Assembly: GCA_963706955.1 (NCBI GenBank)
Contig: CAVPOC010000003.1
Location: forward strand, 352,001 to 416,000
DNA: 64,000 nt
Direction: 5' to 3'
From: an uncultured Verrucomicrobiae bacterium
Lineage (GTDB): Bacteria; Verrucomicrobiota; Verrucomicrobiia; Chthoniobacterales; Terrimicrobiaceae
The position numbers were made by a program, and so were the translations under genes. The notes below the pieces were generated by a model. That model was not told the DNA's origin. It did no database searches and saw nothing but the letters and a program-made list of their open reading frames with translations. This document shows, piece after piece, positions 9,761 to 20,259 of the stretch; the first letter of the stretch is position 1; each line of letters opens with the position of its first letter.

Positions 9761-11126
9761 TCGTCTCGGCAAGAACGTCGTAAACCTGAGATCCTGTGAT
9801 GAGCACATCCACAAATTCGCCCACGGGCGCGCTGCGCTTGAGAATCACGCGGCAATCCACCTCAGGCGCATCGTGTTCGCTCCTGGCGATCCGCGGCTGA
9901 TCGACAAGAACGCGAACGGTCTTTCCCTTTTGTGCGGCGGCCAGCTCGGCGGCGATTCGCTGCTGAACTTGCATCGCTTGCCGATATCTGCGGTCCTTTA
10001 TTTTGGCTGGCACCTGATCCGCCATCTTGGCGGCGCGCGAACCCTCCTCTTGCGAGTAGCAAAATATGCCAAGCCGCTCAAAGCGAGTCACCTCGATGAA
10101 ATCAAGCAAACCGCTGAAGTGCTCCTCCGTTTCACCAGGAAATCCGACGATGAAGGTGGTTCGAATCGCCAGTCCGGGAATGCCGACGCGGAGCCGGTCA
10201 ATCAGATCCTCGATATGTGCCCGCGATGTTTCCCGCCGCATCGCGCCCAGCATGTCGGCATGAATGTGCTGCAAAGGCATATCCACGTACCGCGCCACTT
10301 TCGGGTTACGAGCAATCGCCGCGATCAGCTCGTCACTCCAGTGAGCCGGATGGGTGTAGAGAAGGCGAATCCAAAACTCTCCTTCGATGCCTGCAAGCTC
10401 ATCGAGCAGTCGGATAAGAGTTGGTCCCCGCCGGGAATCTACCGGCTGGCGCGATCCCGCCTTCTCTGGCCATAAATCCATTCCAAAGTAAGTGGTATCC
10501 TGACTGATCAGATTGACCTCCTTGACTCCCTCGGTGACCAGGTTCTGCACTTCGGCAACTACCGAATCAACCGTACGGCTCCGGTGCCGCCCGCGCATCT
10601 GTGGGATGACACAGAAGCTGCACGGATGATTGCATCCCTCGGCAATCTTGACGTAGGCAAGGTGGCTCGGAGTAAGTCGAAATCGCGCCGTGTCGAAGTC
10701 GGGTATGTAGCGAGACCGCTCCGAAATGAGGATAAGCGGATCCTTAGCCTGCTGAGCGGACAAGACCCGGTGAAAAATCTCGCCGGCAGATGCGACTTCG
10801 TCTAGGCCGACGAAAGCGTCCACCTCGGTAAGTTCGCGCGCCAGTTCGCGCCGATAGCGTTGCGCTAAGCAACCGCTAACGATTAACCTTTGCTCCGGTC
10901 TCTGACGTGCCGCGAGGATTGCATCGATCGACTCCTTTTTGGCGCTATCAATGAAGCCGCATGTATTAACGACCAACACATCCGCCTCGCCGGCATCCGA
11001 TGTAACCTCGAAGCCGCCCGCACGTGCGCTCCCAAGCATGATCTCGGCATCGACAAGGTTCTTGGCGCAGCCCAAACTAATCATGCCAACCTTGGGAGGT
11101 CGGCTTTCGGCGAAAGCCCCAGCCAT
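9744..11126 (-). CDS. rimO: Ribosomal protein S12 methylthiotransferase
   Basis: SLGCAKNLVDAE, NTCGFI, EGCNHPCSFC (CxxxCxxC) and C-terminal TRAM domain with APEVD. Confidence 0.95.
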   Translation of the reverse strand: MAGAFAESRPPKVGMISLGCAKNLVDAEIMLGSARAGGFEVTSDAGEADVLVVNTCGFIDSAKKESIDAILAARQRPEQRLIVSGCLAQRYRRELARELTEVDAFVGLDEVASAGEIFHRVLSAQQAKDPLILISERSRYIPDFDTARFRLTPSHLAYVKIAEGCNHPCSFCVIPQMRGRHRSRTVDSVVAEVQNLVTEGVKEVNLISQDTTYFGMDLWPEKAGSRQPVDSRRGPTLIRLLDELAGIEGEFWIRLLYTHPAHWSDELIAAIARNPKVARYVDMPLQHIHADMLGAMRRETSRAHIEDLIDRLRVGIPGLAIRTTFIVGFPGETEEHFSGLLDFIEVTRFERLGIFCYSQEEGSRAAKMADQVPAKIKDRRYRQAMQVQQRIAAELAAAQKGKTVRVLVDQPRIARSEHDAPEVDCRVILKRSAPVGEFVDVLITGSQVYDVLAETIIPLP

Positions 11127-11134
11127 CCGTGGCC

Positions 11135-11809
11135 CTAGCGAAGATGATTGGCTTGACCGACGTCGGTTCCGACCAGAAGGGCGGCCTCGGCTTCAGCCGG
11201 GCCATTTCCGCCAATAGGAACCTCAGTTGATGGCGCCGTGCCTTCCTCTAGAGGAGCGCTGTTCGGATCCGAGATCGTTGGGGCACCCAGCGACTCTGGG
11301 ACATCCTGGACATCGGGGACCGTCAACATTGCCTTGTCTTCCAAGGCCATGCGATTGAGGCCTAGTCGTTCAATGTCGCGAATAGTCGTCCAGACTTTGA
11401 GTCCGCCAACGCTAAGGAGGAGCAGCAGAGCCGCCGCGACCATCCTTCGGGCGAGGCGTTTGCGCCGACGAAACGGACGAACATTCGTTCGCATGTAGTC
11501 GCAAGCAGCCTCCTGCAAGTATTGGTAACCCTCGGTCCCGCATTCGCCGGCATCCGGGAGCTGACGGCGAATTCGGGAAATTGGAATCCCGAGATATTTG
11601 GCGTAGTCCATGGCGAACATCCGCGCGTAACTCGGATGGGCAAACCGGGAAAGATCGTCGCGCTCGATCTCGCGAAGACGCTGAAGACGAATATGGGTCT
11701 CACTCGCGACTTTCTCAAGGGTTAGACCGCGCTTCTGCCGAACGGCGGTAAATTGCGCTCCGAGCGATCTGGACCCATCTCTGCCTCTTGCCGCGACACC
11801 TTCTCTCAT
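11135..11809 (-). CDS. RodZ-like HTH membrane protein
   Basis: Xre-type HTH (GLTLEKVASETHIR...EIERDD...YARMF...YAKYLG) followed by one TM helix; lies between ftsK and rimO. Confidence 0.75.
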   Translation of the reverse strand: MREGVAARGRDGSRSLGAQFTAVRQKRGLTLEKVASETHIRLQRLREIERDDLSRFAHPSYARMFAMDYAKYLGIPISRIRRQLPDAGECGTEGYQYLQEAACDYMRTNVRPFRRRKRLARRMVAAALLLLLSVGGLKVWTTIRDIERLGLNRMALEDKAMLTVPDVQDVPESLGAPTISDPNSAPLEEGTAPSTEVPIGGNGPAEAEAALLVGTDVGQANHLR

Positions 11810-11973
11810 TGCCGGAAAGTTGTGGAAAATAGCTAACTAAGTCTGCTCACCGCTGTTCCGGGAGCAAAGATTAGCTGAAGCAGGTCACACAACGCTTCGC
11901 TGACACACTTCATACTTCCCTTATTATCTCTTAATACAAAAATACAAGGGAAATTGAAGTCCTTGCATTATTT

Positions 11974-14385
11974 TTAAGGCAAAGTGTCCAAATCGACGAG
12001 AATTTCGCGGTCCTTGGCTCCATCTCGGGGCCCGACAATGCCACGCTGTTCAAGCACATCGACCAGGCGAGCGGCCCGTGTGTAACCCAGACGCAGGCGT
12101 CGTTGGAAAAGTGACGTCGAGGCCCTGCGTTCCTGTCTTATGATTTCGAGAACTTTGCGGAGAAGTTCCTCGTCTTCTTCGGTCACGTCTTCCTCGGGCG
12201 GAGCGCTGTTGAGCTTCTCATGAATGCTCGCCTCGAAGGTCGGTTTGCTCTGGGAACAGACGTAGCCGACTAGCCGCCGAATTTCCTCGTCCGTGACCAG
12301 CACGCCTTGCGCACGCACCAAGGTGGACGTTCCGGGAGGGAGGTAGAGCATATCACCCTGTCCCAAAAGCTTCTCGGCCCCTTTCTGGTCAAGGATCACC
12401 CGGCTGTCCAAACCAGAAGCCACCTGGAAGGAGATCCGGCTTGGGATGTTCGCTTTGATGATACCTGTGACGACGTCGGCGCGCGGCGTCTGCGTTGCCA
12501 CGATCAAGTGAATGCCGGCTGCGCGGGCCATTTGTGTGATCCGCGCAATCGCGCCTTCAACATCGGCCGGAGCCGTTTGCATCAGATCGGCCAACTCATC
12601 AACAATCACGACAATGTAAGGCATGCGATCTGGAATGACCAGATCCTCATCCCGAAGGACCCTGGCTTCTGGCTCTTCCTGAGCGGAATCTTCCCCATCG
12701 CTCGGAACAGCCTCCTTTCCTTCAACATCTTCGCCCGAAATCTCTTCGGCATCAGATTGCTCTTGGGATTTTGGCGGGGGACGATCATTGAAACCGGCAA
12801 TGTTGCGGACGCCGCACTTGGCAAAGATCTGGTAGCGTAGCTCCATCTCGTCAACGACCCAGCGAAGTGCCAGCAGCACTTTCTTTGGATCGGTGACCAC
12901 CGGTGTCACCAAGTGAGGCAGGTCATTATACACCTGCATCTCGACGACCTTCGGATCGATCATGATGAAGCGCAGTTCCTCGGGCGTGTATCGAAAAAGC
13001 AGGCTCGCGATCATCGAGTTGATACAGACGCTCTTGCCGCTGCCCGTCGTGCCCGCGACAAGGCAGTGCGGCATCTGGGCGAGGTCGGCAATGATCGTTT
13101 GCCCATAAACGTCTTTGCCCAAAGCAAGGGGGAGTCTGGTCGCCGAGTGCTCCCAATCCACGGTTTCCAAGACTTCACGCAGGGCGACCTTTACCTTGGT
13201 GGGGTTGGCGATCTCGATTCCGACCGTATCCTTGCCCGGAATCGGTGCCAGGATGTTGATTCGTTGGGCGCGAGTCGCTCGGGCGATGTCACGCTCCAGG
13301 CTGGTGATCCTATCTACCCTCACTCCACTGTCGGGATATACCTCAAAGCGCGTGATTGTCGGTCCGCGGGTGATGTCCCCCGCCTTCGCGCGGATGCCGA
13401 AGTGCGCCAACGTCTCTATAATGACGCCCTGGACCGCTCGCAATTCGTCGTGATCGGCCGGGCGCCGTCCAGCCTCGTCCAGCGGATCGAGGAGGTCAAT
13501 CAACGGGAGGTGATAGTTCTCCAGGCGTAATCCACTGAGGCTCGGCTTGGGCTCCCCCTTCTTCTTGCGTCCGCCTTCGATCTCCGCCAACGAGGGACGC
13601 TTCTCCAGCGGGAAGGTGGCATCGATAATGCGTGGTTCGGGAATCTCCGGCTCGGGCGACTCCGGAGAGCGCGGAAGACTGCTTTCCCCCTTCTTCTTGA
13701 GCTTGCGCTCGAGCTTTTCAGCCTGGCGCGACAATTTGCGCCTTTCGAATTCCATCCGCTCGGTCTCTTCCATCGCAGCGAGACGTCGCTTTTCCCGATC
13801 AGCGAAAAACGCCTGGAGGGCCGACCAGCCGCGCTTGAGCACGTTGACCGGATGAAAGCCGATCGCCAGGACCAGGCTGGTCAGGTAAATGACCCCGAGC
13901 ACCACCGGCGCGCCGACTTCACCCAGCGATGCGCCGAAGACCCGCTCGCCTACCCACTTGCCAAGCCAACCTCCGGGCCCCTCGATGTGGAATCGCGTCT
14001 TCCAGTCCGTAAAGAACCAGTCTTGCAACTGCAGCAGGCACGCGCCGGACAAAGCAAAGAGAAAGCTCCACCCGAGTCGCTCCCGGATCAGAAAATCCCT
14101 CGTTGTCAGCTTGGCAATGCCGTATCCGGCGAAGACAATGATCCAGAGATACGAGGCAGCTCCAAAGAAAAAGTAGAGATAACCCGCTGCGACGGCACCC
14201 ACAATGCCGCAGAGATTATGAACGATGGGACTGCGGACGTTACTATCATAAATTAGTTTGGCCCAGGGCGGCAGATCACTCGGCTGATAGGAAACGAGCG
14301 CGAGGAAAAGCAAGATGGCAAGGCCCGTCAGCACGAGCCCGAGCGCGGCATCCCAGGTTCCATAACCTTTCGGTTTGTTGGCCAT
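11974..14385 (-). CDS. ftsK: DNA translocase FtsK
   Basis: N-terminal 4TM region; GTTGSGKS, IDPK, VDELADLM, ATQTPR, AEKLLGQGDML motifs; C-terminal gamma domain (QRRLRLGYTRAARL). Confidence 0.96.
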   Translation of the reverse strand: MANKPKGYGTWDAALGLVLTGLAILLFLALVSYQPSDLPPWAKLIYDSNVRSPIVHNLCGIVGAVAAGYLYFFFGAASYLWIIVFAGYGIAKLTTRDFLIRERLGWSFLFALSGACLLQLQDWFFTDWKTRFHIEGPGGWLGKWVGERVFGASLGEVGAPVVLGVIYLTSLVLAIGFHPVNVLKRGWSALQAFFADREKRRLAAMEETERMEFERRKLSRQAEKLERKLKKKGESSLPRSPESPEPEIPEPRIIDATFPLEKRPSLAEIEGGRKKKGEPKPSLSGLRLENYHLPLIDLLDPLDEAGRRPADHDELRAVQGVIIETLAHFGIRAKAGDITRGPTITRFEVYPDSGVRVDRITSLERDIARATRAQRINILAPIPGKDTVGIEIANPTKVKVALREVLETVDWEHSATRLPLALGKDVYGQTIIADLAQMPHCLVAGTTGSGKSVCINSMIASLLFRYTPEELRFIMIDPKVVEMQVYNDLPHLVTPVVTDPKKVLLALRWVVDEMELRYQIFAKCGVRNIAGFNDRPPPKSQEQSDAEEISGEDVEGKEAVPSDGEDSAQEEPEARVLRDEDLVIPDRMPYIVVIVDELADLMQTAPADVEGAIARITQMARAAGIHLIVATQTPRADVVTGIIKANIPSRISFQVASGLDSRVILDQKGAEKLLGQGDMLYLPPGTSTLVRAQGVLVTDEEIRRLVGYVCSQSKPTFEASIHEKLNSAPPEEDVTEEDEELLRKVLEIIRQERRASTSLFQRRLRLGYTRAARLVDVLEQRGIVGPRDGAKDREILVDLDTLP

Positions 14386-14483
14386 CAAAATTTCGATTCT
14401 CGCGAAAATCGCCAAAGCCGCAAGCACCACGAAAGCTTGGAAAAGGAATTGCGAAGCGTCCCTCGCTCGGAGAAATAAGAGGT

Positions 14484-15440
14484 ATGGCTACTACAGAACC
14501 CGTCATTTTCGAACCTCTCGCCATGGAACGTGTCTGGGGAGGACGCCGCCTCGAAACCCTCTACGGAAAATTTCTCCCGCAGGGGGTGCCCATAGGAGAA
14601 TCCTGGGAAATTGTTGATCGTGAGGATGCGCAAAGCGTCGTCCATAACGGACCTTACCGCGGAACGACCTTGCATGAGCTCTGGACCTCGAAGCGGGAAG
14701 AGATTTTCGGCAGCGCCTACTCGGACCACGCTGCGCCGCGTTTTCCCATCTTGATTAAGCTTCTCGACGCGCGCGAGCGTCTCTCAATCCAAGTCCACCC
14801 ACCTATGCAGATGAGCGCGACTCTCGGGGGCGAACCGAAAACCGAGATGTGGTATTTCGCAGATACCCAACCGGGTGCGAACATATATGTTGGCCTTAAG
14901 GCGGGCGTGACGCGGGAGCAATTCGAAGCCTTGCTTCGTGAGGGTCGAGTCGAAGAGGCGGTTCACATCATCCCGGTGGAAAATGGCGATAGCATTTTCA
15001 TCCCGAGCGGCCGCCTTCACGCGATTGGCCAGGGGAATGTCATCGTCGAGGTTCAACAAAACAGCGATACCACCTATCGGGTTTTCGACTGGAATCGCAC
15101 CGGCCTCGACGGGGCGCCCCGCAAACTCCACATCGAAGAATCGATGGCCTCGATCGATTTCAATGATTTTGAACCCAAGGCTGATCACATCGAACAGGGC
15201 GTGATCGCAGAGTGTCCCTACTTCAAAGTCGAGAAAATCTCAGTTGGGTCGCCGATTGCGGCCAGCTCCGATGGGAAATTTGCCATCTTCAGTGTCGTCG
15301 CGGGTGGTGTTTCCGTTGCCGGAAAAAAATTCGCGCCCGGGAACTTCTTTTTGGCGCCAGCCTCCATCGGCGATGCCGCCGTTGAGCCTACAGAAGAAAA
15401 CACCCAGGTCTTGAGGAGCACTCTTCCGCTCGCCGCTTAG
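14484..15440 (+). CDS. manA: Type I mannose-6-phosphate isomerase
   Basis: RVWGG, GESWEI, FPILIKLLDA, LSIQVHP, KTEMWY and EVQQNSDTTYR motifs. Confidence 0.9.
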   Translation: MATTEPVIFEPLAMERVWGGRRLETLYGKFLPQGVPIGESWEIVDREDAQSVVHNGPYRGTTLHELWTSKREEIFGSAYSDHAAPRFPILIKLLDARERLSIQVHPPMQMSATLGGEPKTEMWYFADTQPGANIYVGLKAGVTREQFEALLREGRVEEAVHIIPVENGDSIFIPSGRLHAIGQGNVIVEVQQNSDTTYRVFDWNRTGLDGAPRKLHIEESMASIDFNDFEPKADHIEQGVIAECPYFKVEKISVGSPIAASSDGKFAIFSVVAGGVSVAGKKFAPGNFFLAPASIGDAAVEPTEENTQVLRSTLPLAA

Positions 15441-15482
15441 GGCAGTTTGACCAAACCGTCTGGTCACGGTGTTCCGAAAGTT

Positions 15483-15547
15483 TGTGGAGGCGCTTGTGCC
15501 AAGCGCCTGTTTATTTTCGCTGGGCGCTTGACACAAGTGCCCCTACA
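15483..15547. repeat. REP/REPIN-like inverted doublet, family B
   Basis: TGTGGAGGCGCTTGTGCCAAGCGCC...GGGCGCTTGACACAAGTGCCCCTACA between convergent genes; a degenerate inverted copy lies at 36289-36351. Confidence 0.75.
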
Positions 15548-15622
15548 ACGCCGATCGCCAACCGAGTGGAGGTTCCGGTGACAGGCGACATCAGCAGTTT
15601 CAGGGCAACGACCCTGCAGCCA

Positions 15623-16330
15623 CTAAGCCCCGAGATATGCCTCCCGGACTTGCGCGTTCTGAAGCAATTCCGCACCGCTGCCGGTCAGTGAGATTCTCCC
15701 GTTTTCCAGGACGGCCGCCCGTTGGGCGAGGCGCAGCGCAAGATTCGCATTCTGCTCCACAAGCAGAATGGTTACCCCAGTCTCATTGATATCCCGAATG
15801 ACCTTGTAGACTTCCTTCACTAGTTTGGGTGCCAAGCCCATCGAGGGTTCGTCGAGCAGAAGAGTGCGAGCGTCGCTCATGAGCGCGCGGGCGACGGCGA
15901 GCATCTGCTGCTCGCCGCCCGAAAGGGTCCCGGCAGCTTGGTCGCGGCGCTCACGGAGGCGCGGCAGAAGTCCGAAAACACGCTCCATATCGCGCGCGAC
16001 GCCTTTGCGATCGGCGCGAACCCACGCTCCCAAGCGCAGGTTCTCGGTTACGGTTAAATTGCCGAAAATTCCCCGCCCTTCCGGAACGTGGGCCATGCCC
16101 AAGGCGACGATTCGGTCGGGCGCGACGCCCTCCAACTCTTGTCCCCCAAAGCTAACGCGGCCGTCATGGCGCAGAAGTCCCGAGATCGCCCGGAGGGTGG
16201 AAGTTTTCCCGGCTCCATTTGCACCGATCAAAGTGAAGACCTCTCCTTCAAGGACTTCGAACGAAATGCCCTTCACCGCATGGATGTCGCCATAGGAAAC
16301 CTTCAAATCCACGACGGAGAGCGCGCTCAT
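15623..16330 (-). CDS. livF: Branched-chain amino acid ABC transporter ATPase
   Basis: GANGAGKTS, HVPEGRGIF, LSGGEQQM, LLDEPSMGLAP and AYLG motifs. Confidence 0.93.
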   Translation of the reverse strand: MSALSVVDLKVSYGDIHAVKGISFEVLEGEVFTLIGANGAGKTSTLRAISGLLRHDGRVSFGGQELEGVAPDRIVALGMAHVPEGRGIFGNLTVTENLRLGAWVRADRKGVARDMERVFGLLPRLRERRDQAAGTLSGGEQQMLAVARALMSDARTLLLDEPSMGLAPKLVKEVYKVIRDINETGVTILLVEQNANLALRLAQRAAVLENGRISLTGSGAELLQNAQVREAYLGA

Positions 16331-17097
16331 TCGTCGGTCTCTCCGAGGTATGCCTCGATGACTCGTGGGTTGTCGCGGATCTCCTTGGGAGTACCTTCGG
16401 CAATCGTTTGGCCGAAATCGAGCACGGTGATGCGATCACACAGATTCATAACCAAGTGCATGTGGTGCTCGATGAGAACCAGCGTCAGTTGGAATTCCCG
16501 GCGCACCCAGCGAAGAAATTCCGTTAGTGTGGCCGTCTCCGCCGTGTTCATACCGGCAGCCGGTTCATCCAGAAGAAGCAGGTCGGGCTTGAGGGCGAGG
16601 GCCCGAGCTATCTCAAGACGTCTCTGGGAACCATAAGACAATTCACCGGCCAGTGAATGGGCCTGCTCGGCCAGCCCGAAAGGCTGCAAGAGGCGGAGGC
16701 TCTCGTCGATGGATCGCCGCTCATCACGAGCTTGCCGCGGCAAGCCAAAAAAAGCCTCAAATGGCGAATAGTGCAGCTGGGAATCAAAGGCGACGCGGAC
16801 GTTTTCCAGCACCGTCAGATTCCTAAACAATCGGATATTCTGGAAGGTGCGCGCGATGCCGAGAGCGGCAACCCGGTTGGGGCGAAACCCACTTATGCTC
16901 TCGCGCTTGAACCGGATATCCCCGGAGGTCGGCCGGTAAATCCCAGTGACGAGATTAAAGAGGGTCGTTTTCCCTGCGCCGTTCGGCCCGATGATCCCGT
17001 GGGTGCGACCGGGTTCAACATCGATGCTGCAATTCGCGATAGCACAAAGGCCGCCGAAGCGCATTGTCACATCCTGAACTTCGAGCAACGCACTCAT
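16327..17097 (-). CDS. livG: Branched-chain amino acid ABC transporter ATPase
   Basis: GPNGAGKTT, IARTFQNIRLF, LSYGSQRRLEIARAL and DEPAAGMN motifs. Confidence 0.93.
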   Translation of the reverse strand: MSALLEVQDVTMRFGGLCAIANCSIDVEPGRTHGIIGPNGAGKTTLFNLVTGIYRPTSGDIRFKRESISGFRPNRVAALGIARTFQNIRLFRNLTVLENVRVAFDSQLHYSPFEAFFGLPRQARDERRSIDESLRLLQPFGLAEQAHSLAGELSYGSQRRLEIARALALKPDLLLLDEPAAGMNTAETATLTEFLRWVRREFQLTLVLIEHHMHLVMNLCDRITVLDFGQTIAEGTPKEIRDNPRVIEAYLGETDE

Positions 17098-18074
17098 GTC
17101 TGTCGCCCTCGGGAAAGCTCTCGCTCAGGGAGAAACCAAATCAGCTCGCGCAAACCCAGGATGCCTCTTGGACGAAAGAGCATCAGAAAAACAAGGATCA
17201 ACGGCATGATCACCATCCGCCAGGTGCCAAGCGGCTGAAGGGCCTGCGAGAGAAAGGTGAAGATCACTGCCCCCAGGATCGACCCCGCCAGTGAGCCGAT
17301 ACCTCCCAGGTAAACCATCACCAGGATCTCGGTCGACTTGATGATGTCGAAGGATGACGGGTTGATAAACTGGATTTGGTGGGCAAAGAGCGCCCCCGCT
17401 ACTCCGCCAAAAAAAGAGGACACGGCAAAGGCGAGGATTTTCGCTTCGCGTGTCCGCACCCCCATCGCATTCGCCGCAATCTCATCTTCGCGAATGGCCA
17501 CCACGGCGCGCCCGAACTTGGAATAGACCAGGTTTCGAATCACCCACAGGGTCACTACCACCCAAAAGAAGGTCGAAACGAGGGTCGTGTACTTGTCGAT
17601 CCCCAGCAAGCCTCGCGGTCCCCCTACATAGGGGATGTTTTCAAAGGCCGACTTTACGATCATCAAGAACGCTAGAGTGATGATCGCGAGGTAGTCGCCC
17701 CGCGTCTTGAAGGAGAGCACCGCCAGGAGGAACCCAATCAATGCCGCGATCATTCCCCCGAAGAGCACGGAAGGGAAAAATGCCCATGGAGTATCCGGGA
17801 GCCATTTGGTTGTGAGCACGGCCGAGGCGTAAGCTCCAAGGCTCATGAACCCCGCATGGCCAACGGAAAATTCGCCCATGTAACCGTTGACCAGGTTCAA
17901 ACTCGTCGACAGGATGATATTGATCCCGACCGTGACCAACACGAACTGCGTGTAGCTGTTGATCACGGGATAATTTTCGGAGATCAACGCAAAAACAAAC
18001 CCGCCGGCGATCAACACCGGAAGCGCCCACCGCCACCGCGACGCTGAAGCCAAAAAATCGCGAGCACTCATCAA
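17094..18074 (-). CDS. livM: Branched-chain amino acid ABC transporter permease
   Basis: SLNLVNGYMGEFSVGHAGF, RGDYLAIITLAF and AIREDEIAA motifs. Confidence 0.92.
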   Translation of the reverse strand: MMSARDFLASASRWRWALPVLIAGGFVFALISENYPVINSYTQFVLVTVGINIILSTSLNLVNGYMGEFSVGHAGFMSLGAYASAVLTTKWLPDTPWAFFPSVLFGGMIAALIGFLLAVLSFKTRGDYLAIITLAFLMIVKSAFENIPYVGGPRGLLGIDKYTTLVSTFFWVVVTLWVIRNLVYSKFGRAVVAIREDEIAANAMGVRTREAKILAFAVSSFFGGVAGALFAHQIQFINPSSFDIIKSTEILVMVYLGGIGSLAGSILGAVIFTFLSQALQPLGTWRMVIMPLILVFLMLFRPRGILGLRELIWFLPERELSRGRQT

Positions 18075-18077
18075 AGC

Positions 18078-18953
18078 TCAGACTTTCTGATTCGGCGGTC
18101 GGCCGAGCAGGCCATAAGGTTTGAATATTAGAATGACCAGCAGCAGCGAATAGGAGATCAGGTCACGGTAGGTGGAAGGTAAAAAAGCTACCGACATCAC
18201 TTCGACTGCGCCGAGAAGAAATCCGCCAAGGACCGCACCGCGGATGCTCCCAATACCTCCAATAACCGCCGCCACAAACGCCTTCCAGCCCACTAGAATT
18301 CCCATCGAAGCAGAAATCACTGGATAGGCGAGGCCATAGAGCATGCCCGCCGCGCCACCGAGACCCGCGCCAATAAAAAAAGTCATCGAGATAATCCGGT
18401 TCACTGGCACACCCATCAGGGGAACGGTCGCTGCATCAAACGAGATCGCTCTCATCGCGATGCCGTAGGAAGTTTTCCGAATAAGAAAGTCCAGACCGGT
18501 CATGAGAACGACCGCGACGCTGATAATCAGAATCTGCAGGGACGAAATCGTCAGCCCGCCAAAGTGATAGCTGGTGCTAGTGAAGAGTGCCGGCATCGGC
18601 TGCGCATAGGGGCTGAGGCTAAGCGTCGTGTTCGCAATAACCAATCCGCAGCCCAAAGCGGTGATAATCGCCGAAACGCGCGGCGCTTTTCGGAGAGGTC
18701 GATAAGCAAACCGTTCGATCAGGGCTCCCAGCATGCCGGTCGCCAGCATCACCATTACGAGAGTGACCGGGAATGGAAGCGAAACAACCGAGGCCAAGAG
18801 CAGACAAAAGAATGCGCCGACCATAAAGATGTCGCCATGAGCGAAATTGATCATCGTCAGCACCCCATAAACCATGCTGTAGCCAAGAGCTATCAGGGCA
18901 TAAATCGAGCCCAACTGGATTGCATTGATCGCCTGCTGCGCGAAATAGGTCAC
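18078..18953 (-). CDS. livH: Branched-chain amino acid ABC transporter permease
   Basis: GSIYALIALGYSMVYG, INFAHGD, KAFVAAVIGGIGS and KPYGLLG motifs. Confidence 0.92.
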   Translation of the reverse strand: MTYFAQQAINAIQLGSIYALIALGYSMVYGVLTMINFAHGDIFMVGAFFCLLLASVVSLPFPVTLVMVMLATGMLGALIERFAYRPLRKAPRVSAIITALGCGLVIANTTLSLSPYAQPMPALFTSTSYHFGGLTISSLQILIISVAVVLMTGLDFLIRKTSYGIAMRAISFDAATVPLMGVPVNRIISMTFFIGAGLGGAAGMLYGLAYPVISASMGILVGWKAFVAAVIGGIGSIRGAVLGGFLLGAVEVMSVAFLPSTYRDLISYSLLLVILIFKPYGLLGRPPNQKV

Positions 18954-19051
18954 CGGCGGCGTCCGAAGCTCACGTAAATTTCTGAACCATATGTCCCGCA
19001 GTTACCAGACTCGCCGGGAGGTCCGGGCTTTTCTTCAACGACTCCGCAGCT

Positions 19052-20206
19052 CTATGGCTGCGCATTGGCCACCCAGGCAAACTGCCCATCCTTGATCTGC
19101 AGGATAACGGCGCTCTTAATCGGGTCGCCGGTGCCCGCAAACTGCATCGTGCCGGTGACCCCCTCGTATTTTTGGATCTTGGCCAGAGCATCACGAATCG
19201 CTTGTCGATCCAGCTTCCCGGCCTCCTTGATGGCTTGGGCCAGCAGACCGAAGGCGTCGAAAGTTAGTGCGGCGACATCGTCGGGGGCCATGCCGTACTT
19301 TGCCTTGTAGTCGCTGACAAACTTCTGCGCCACCGGTGTGGCGATCTCCGTCGAGTAGTGATTGCAAAAGTACGAGTCGATGATGTCGGCTCCGCCCAGC
19401 TTGATTATCTCTGGCGAACTCCACGCGTCGCTGCCGACCAGTTGCGCATCGATCCCGAGCCGCCGCGCCTGCTGCGCGATCAAAGGAACATCGTTGTAAT
19501 ACGCTGGAAGAAAAATCACGTCGGGATCTACCGCCTTGATCTTGGTAAGCTGCGCGGAAAAGTCGCGATCGCCGGTCGTGTAAGTTTCAAAAGCGACCAC
19601 ACTGCCCCCGCTTTCCTCAAAAGTTTCCTTGAACAGGTTGGCTTGGCCGTTGGGCGCTTCGGAGGCGACATCGTAAAGGACCGCCGCAGTTCTAGCGTTC
19701 AAGTTATTCAAGACGAATTTGGCCAGGACGCGGGCTTGGAAGGTATCGATAAAACAAGCTCGAAAGACGTACTGCTTGGGCTTGCCGCTGGTCGCGTCAA
19801 CCGTTGTCTTCGGATTCGTTGACCACGGCGAGATCATCGGGCATTTCAAACTCTCGGCAATCTCCGATGCCGGGATGGCGCAGGCGCTGGCATCCGGGCC
19901 AATCATCGCGATGACGTTGTCCTGGGAGATGAGCCGCTGGGCCACCGCAGCCGCTTGATCCGCCTTCGCGGCATTGTCACCGATGACCAACGTGAGGGGC
20001 TGCTTCTTGCCGGCAACGTCGAGCCCGCCCGCCTTGTTAATCTCGTTAACGAACATTTCGGCGGCGTTCTTGGCGGAGGCGCCCACCGCCGGCATTTCGC
20101 CGGTTAGCTCGATGTTCAAGCCAATTTTTGCCGAGGAACTACCACCCCCGCAACCGGCACTCACCGCCAGGGTCAATGCGGCAAAAAGCAAATAAAGATT
20201 TTTCAT
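19052..20206 (-). CDS. Liv-family ABC transporter substrate-binding lipoprotein
   Basis: Lipobox-like SAGC after a signal peptide; Peripla_BP_6-type motifs (YVFRACFIDTFQ, DFSAQLTKIK, GVTG); first gene of the liv operon. Confidence 0.9.
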   Translation of the reverse strand: MKNLYLLFAALTLAVSAGCGGGSSSAKIGLNIELTGEMPAVGASAKNAAEMFVNEINKAGGLDVAGKKQPLTLVIGDNAAKADQAAAVAQRLISQDNVIAMIGPDASACAIPASEIAESLKCPMISPWSTNPKTTVDATSGKPKQYVFRACFIDTFQARVLAKFVLNNLNARTAAVLYDVASEAPNGQANLFKETFEESGGSVVAFETYTTGDRDFSAQLTKIKAVDPDVIFLPAYYNDVPLIAQQARRLGIDAQLVGSDAWSSPEIIKLGGADIIDSYFCNHYSTEIATPVAQKFVSDYKAKYGMAPDDVAALTFDAFGLLAQAIKEAGKLDRQAIRDALAKIQKYEGVTGTMQFAGTGDPIKSAVILQIKDGQFAWVANAQP

Positions 20207-20259
20207 AGGGAATCTGACTCGGAAATGGAGCATTCGAAGCGAAGTGGCAAGCTGCTTTT

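Noticed and set aside
9744..11126. RimO as a second RiPP-modifying radical SAM
   Set aside because: It has a clear methylthiotransferase architecture (UPF0004, rSAM, TRAM) in a housekeeping context.
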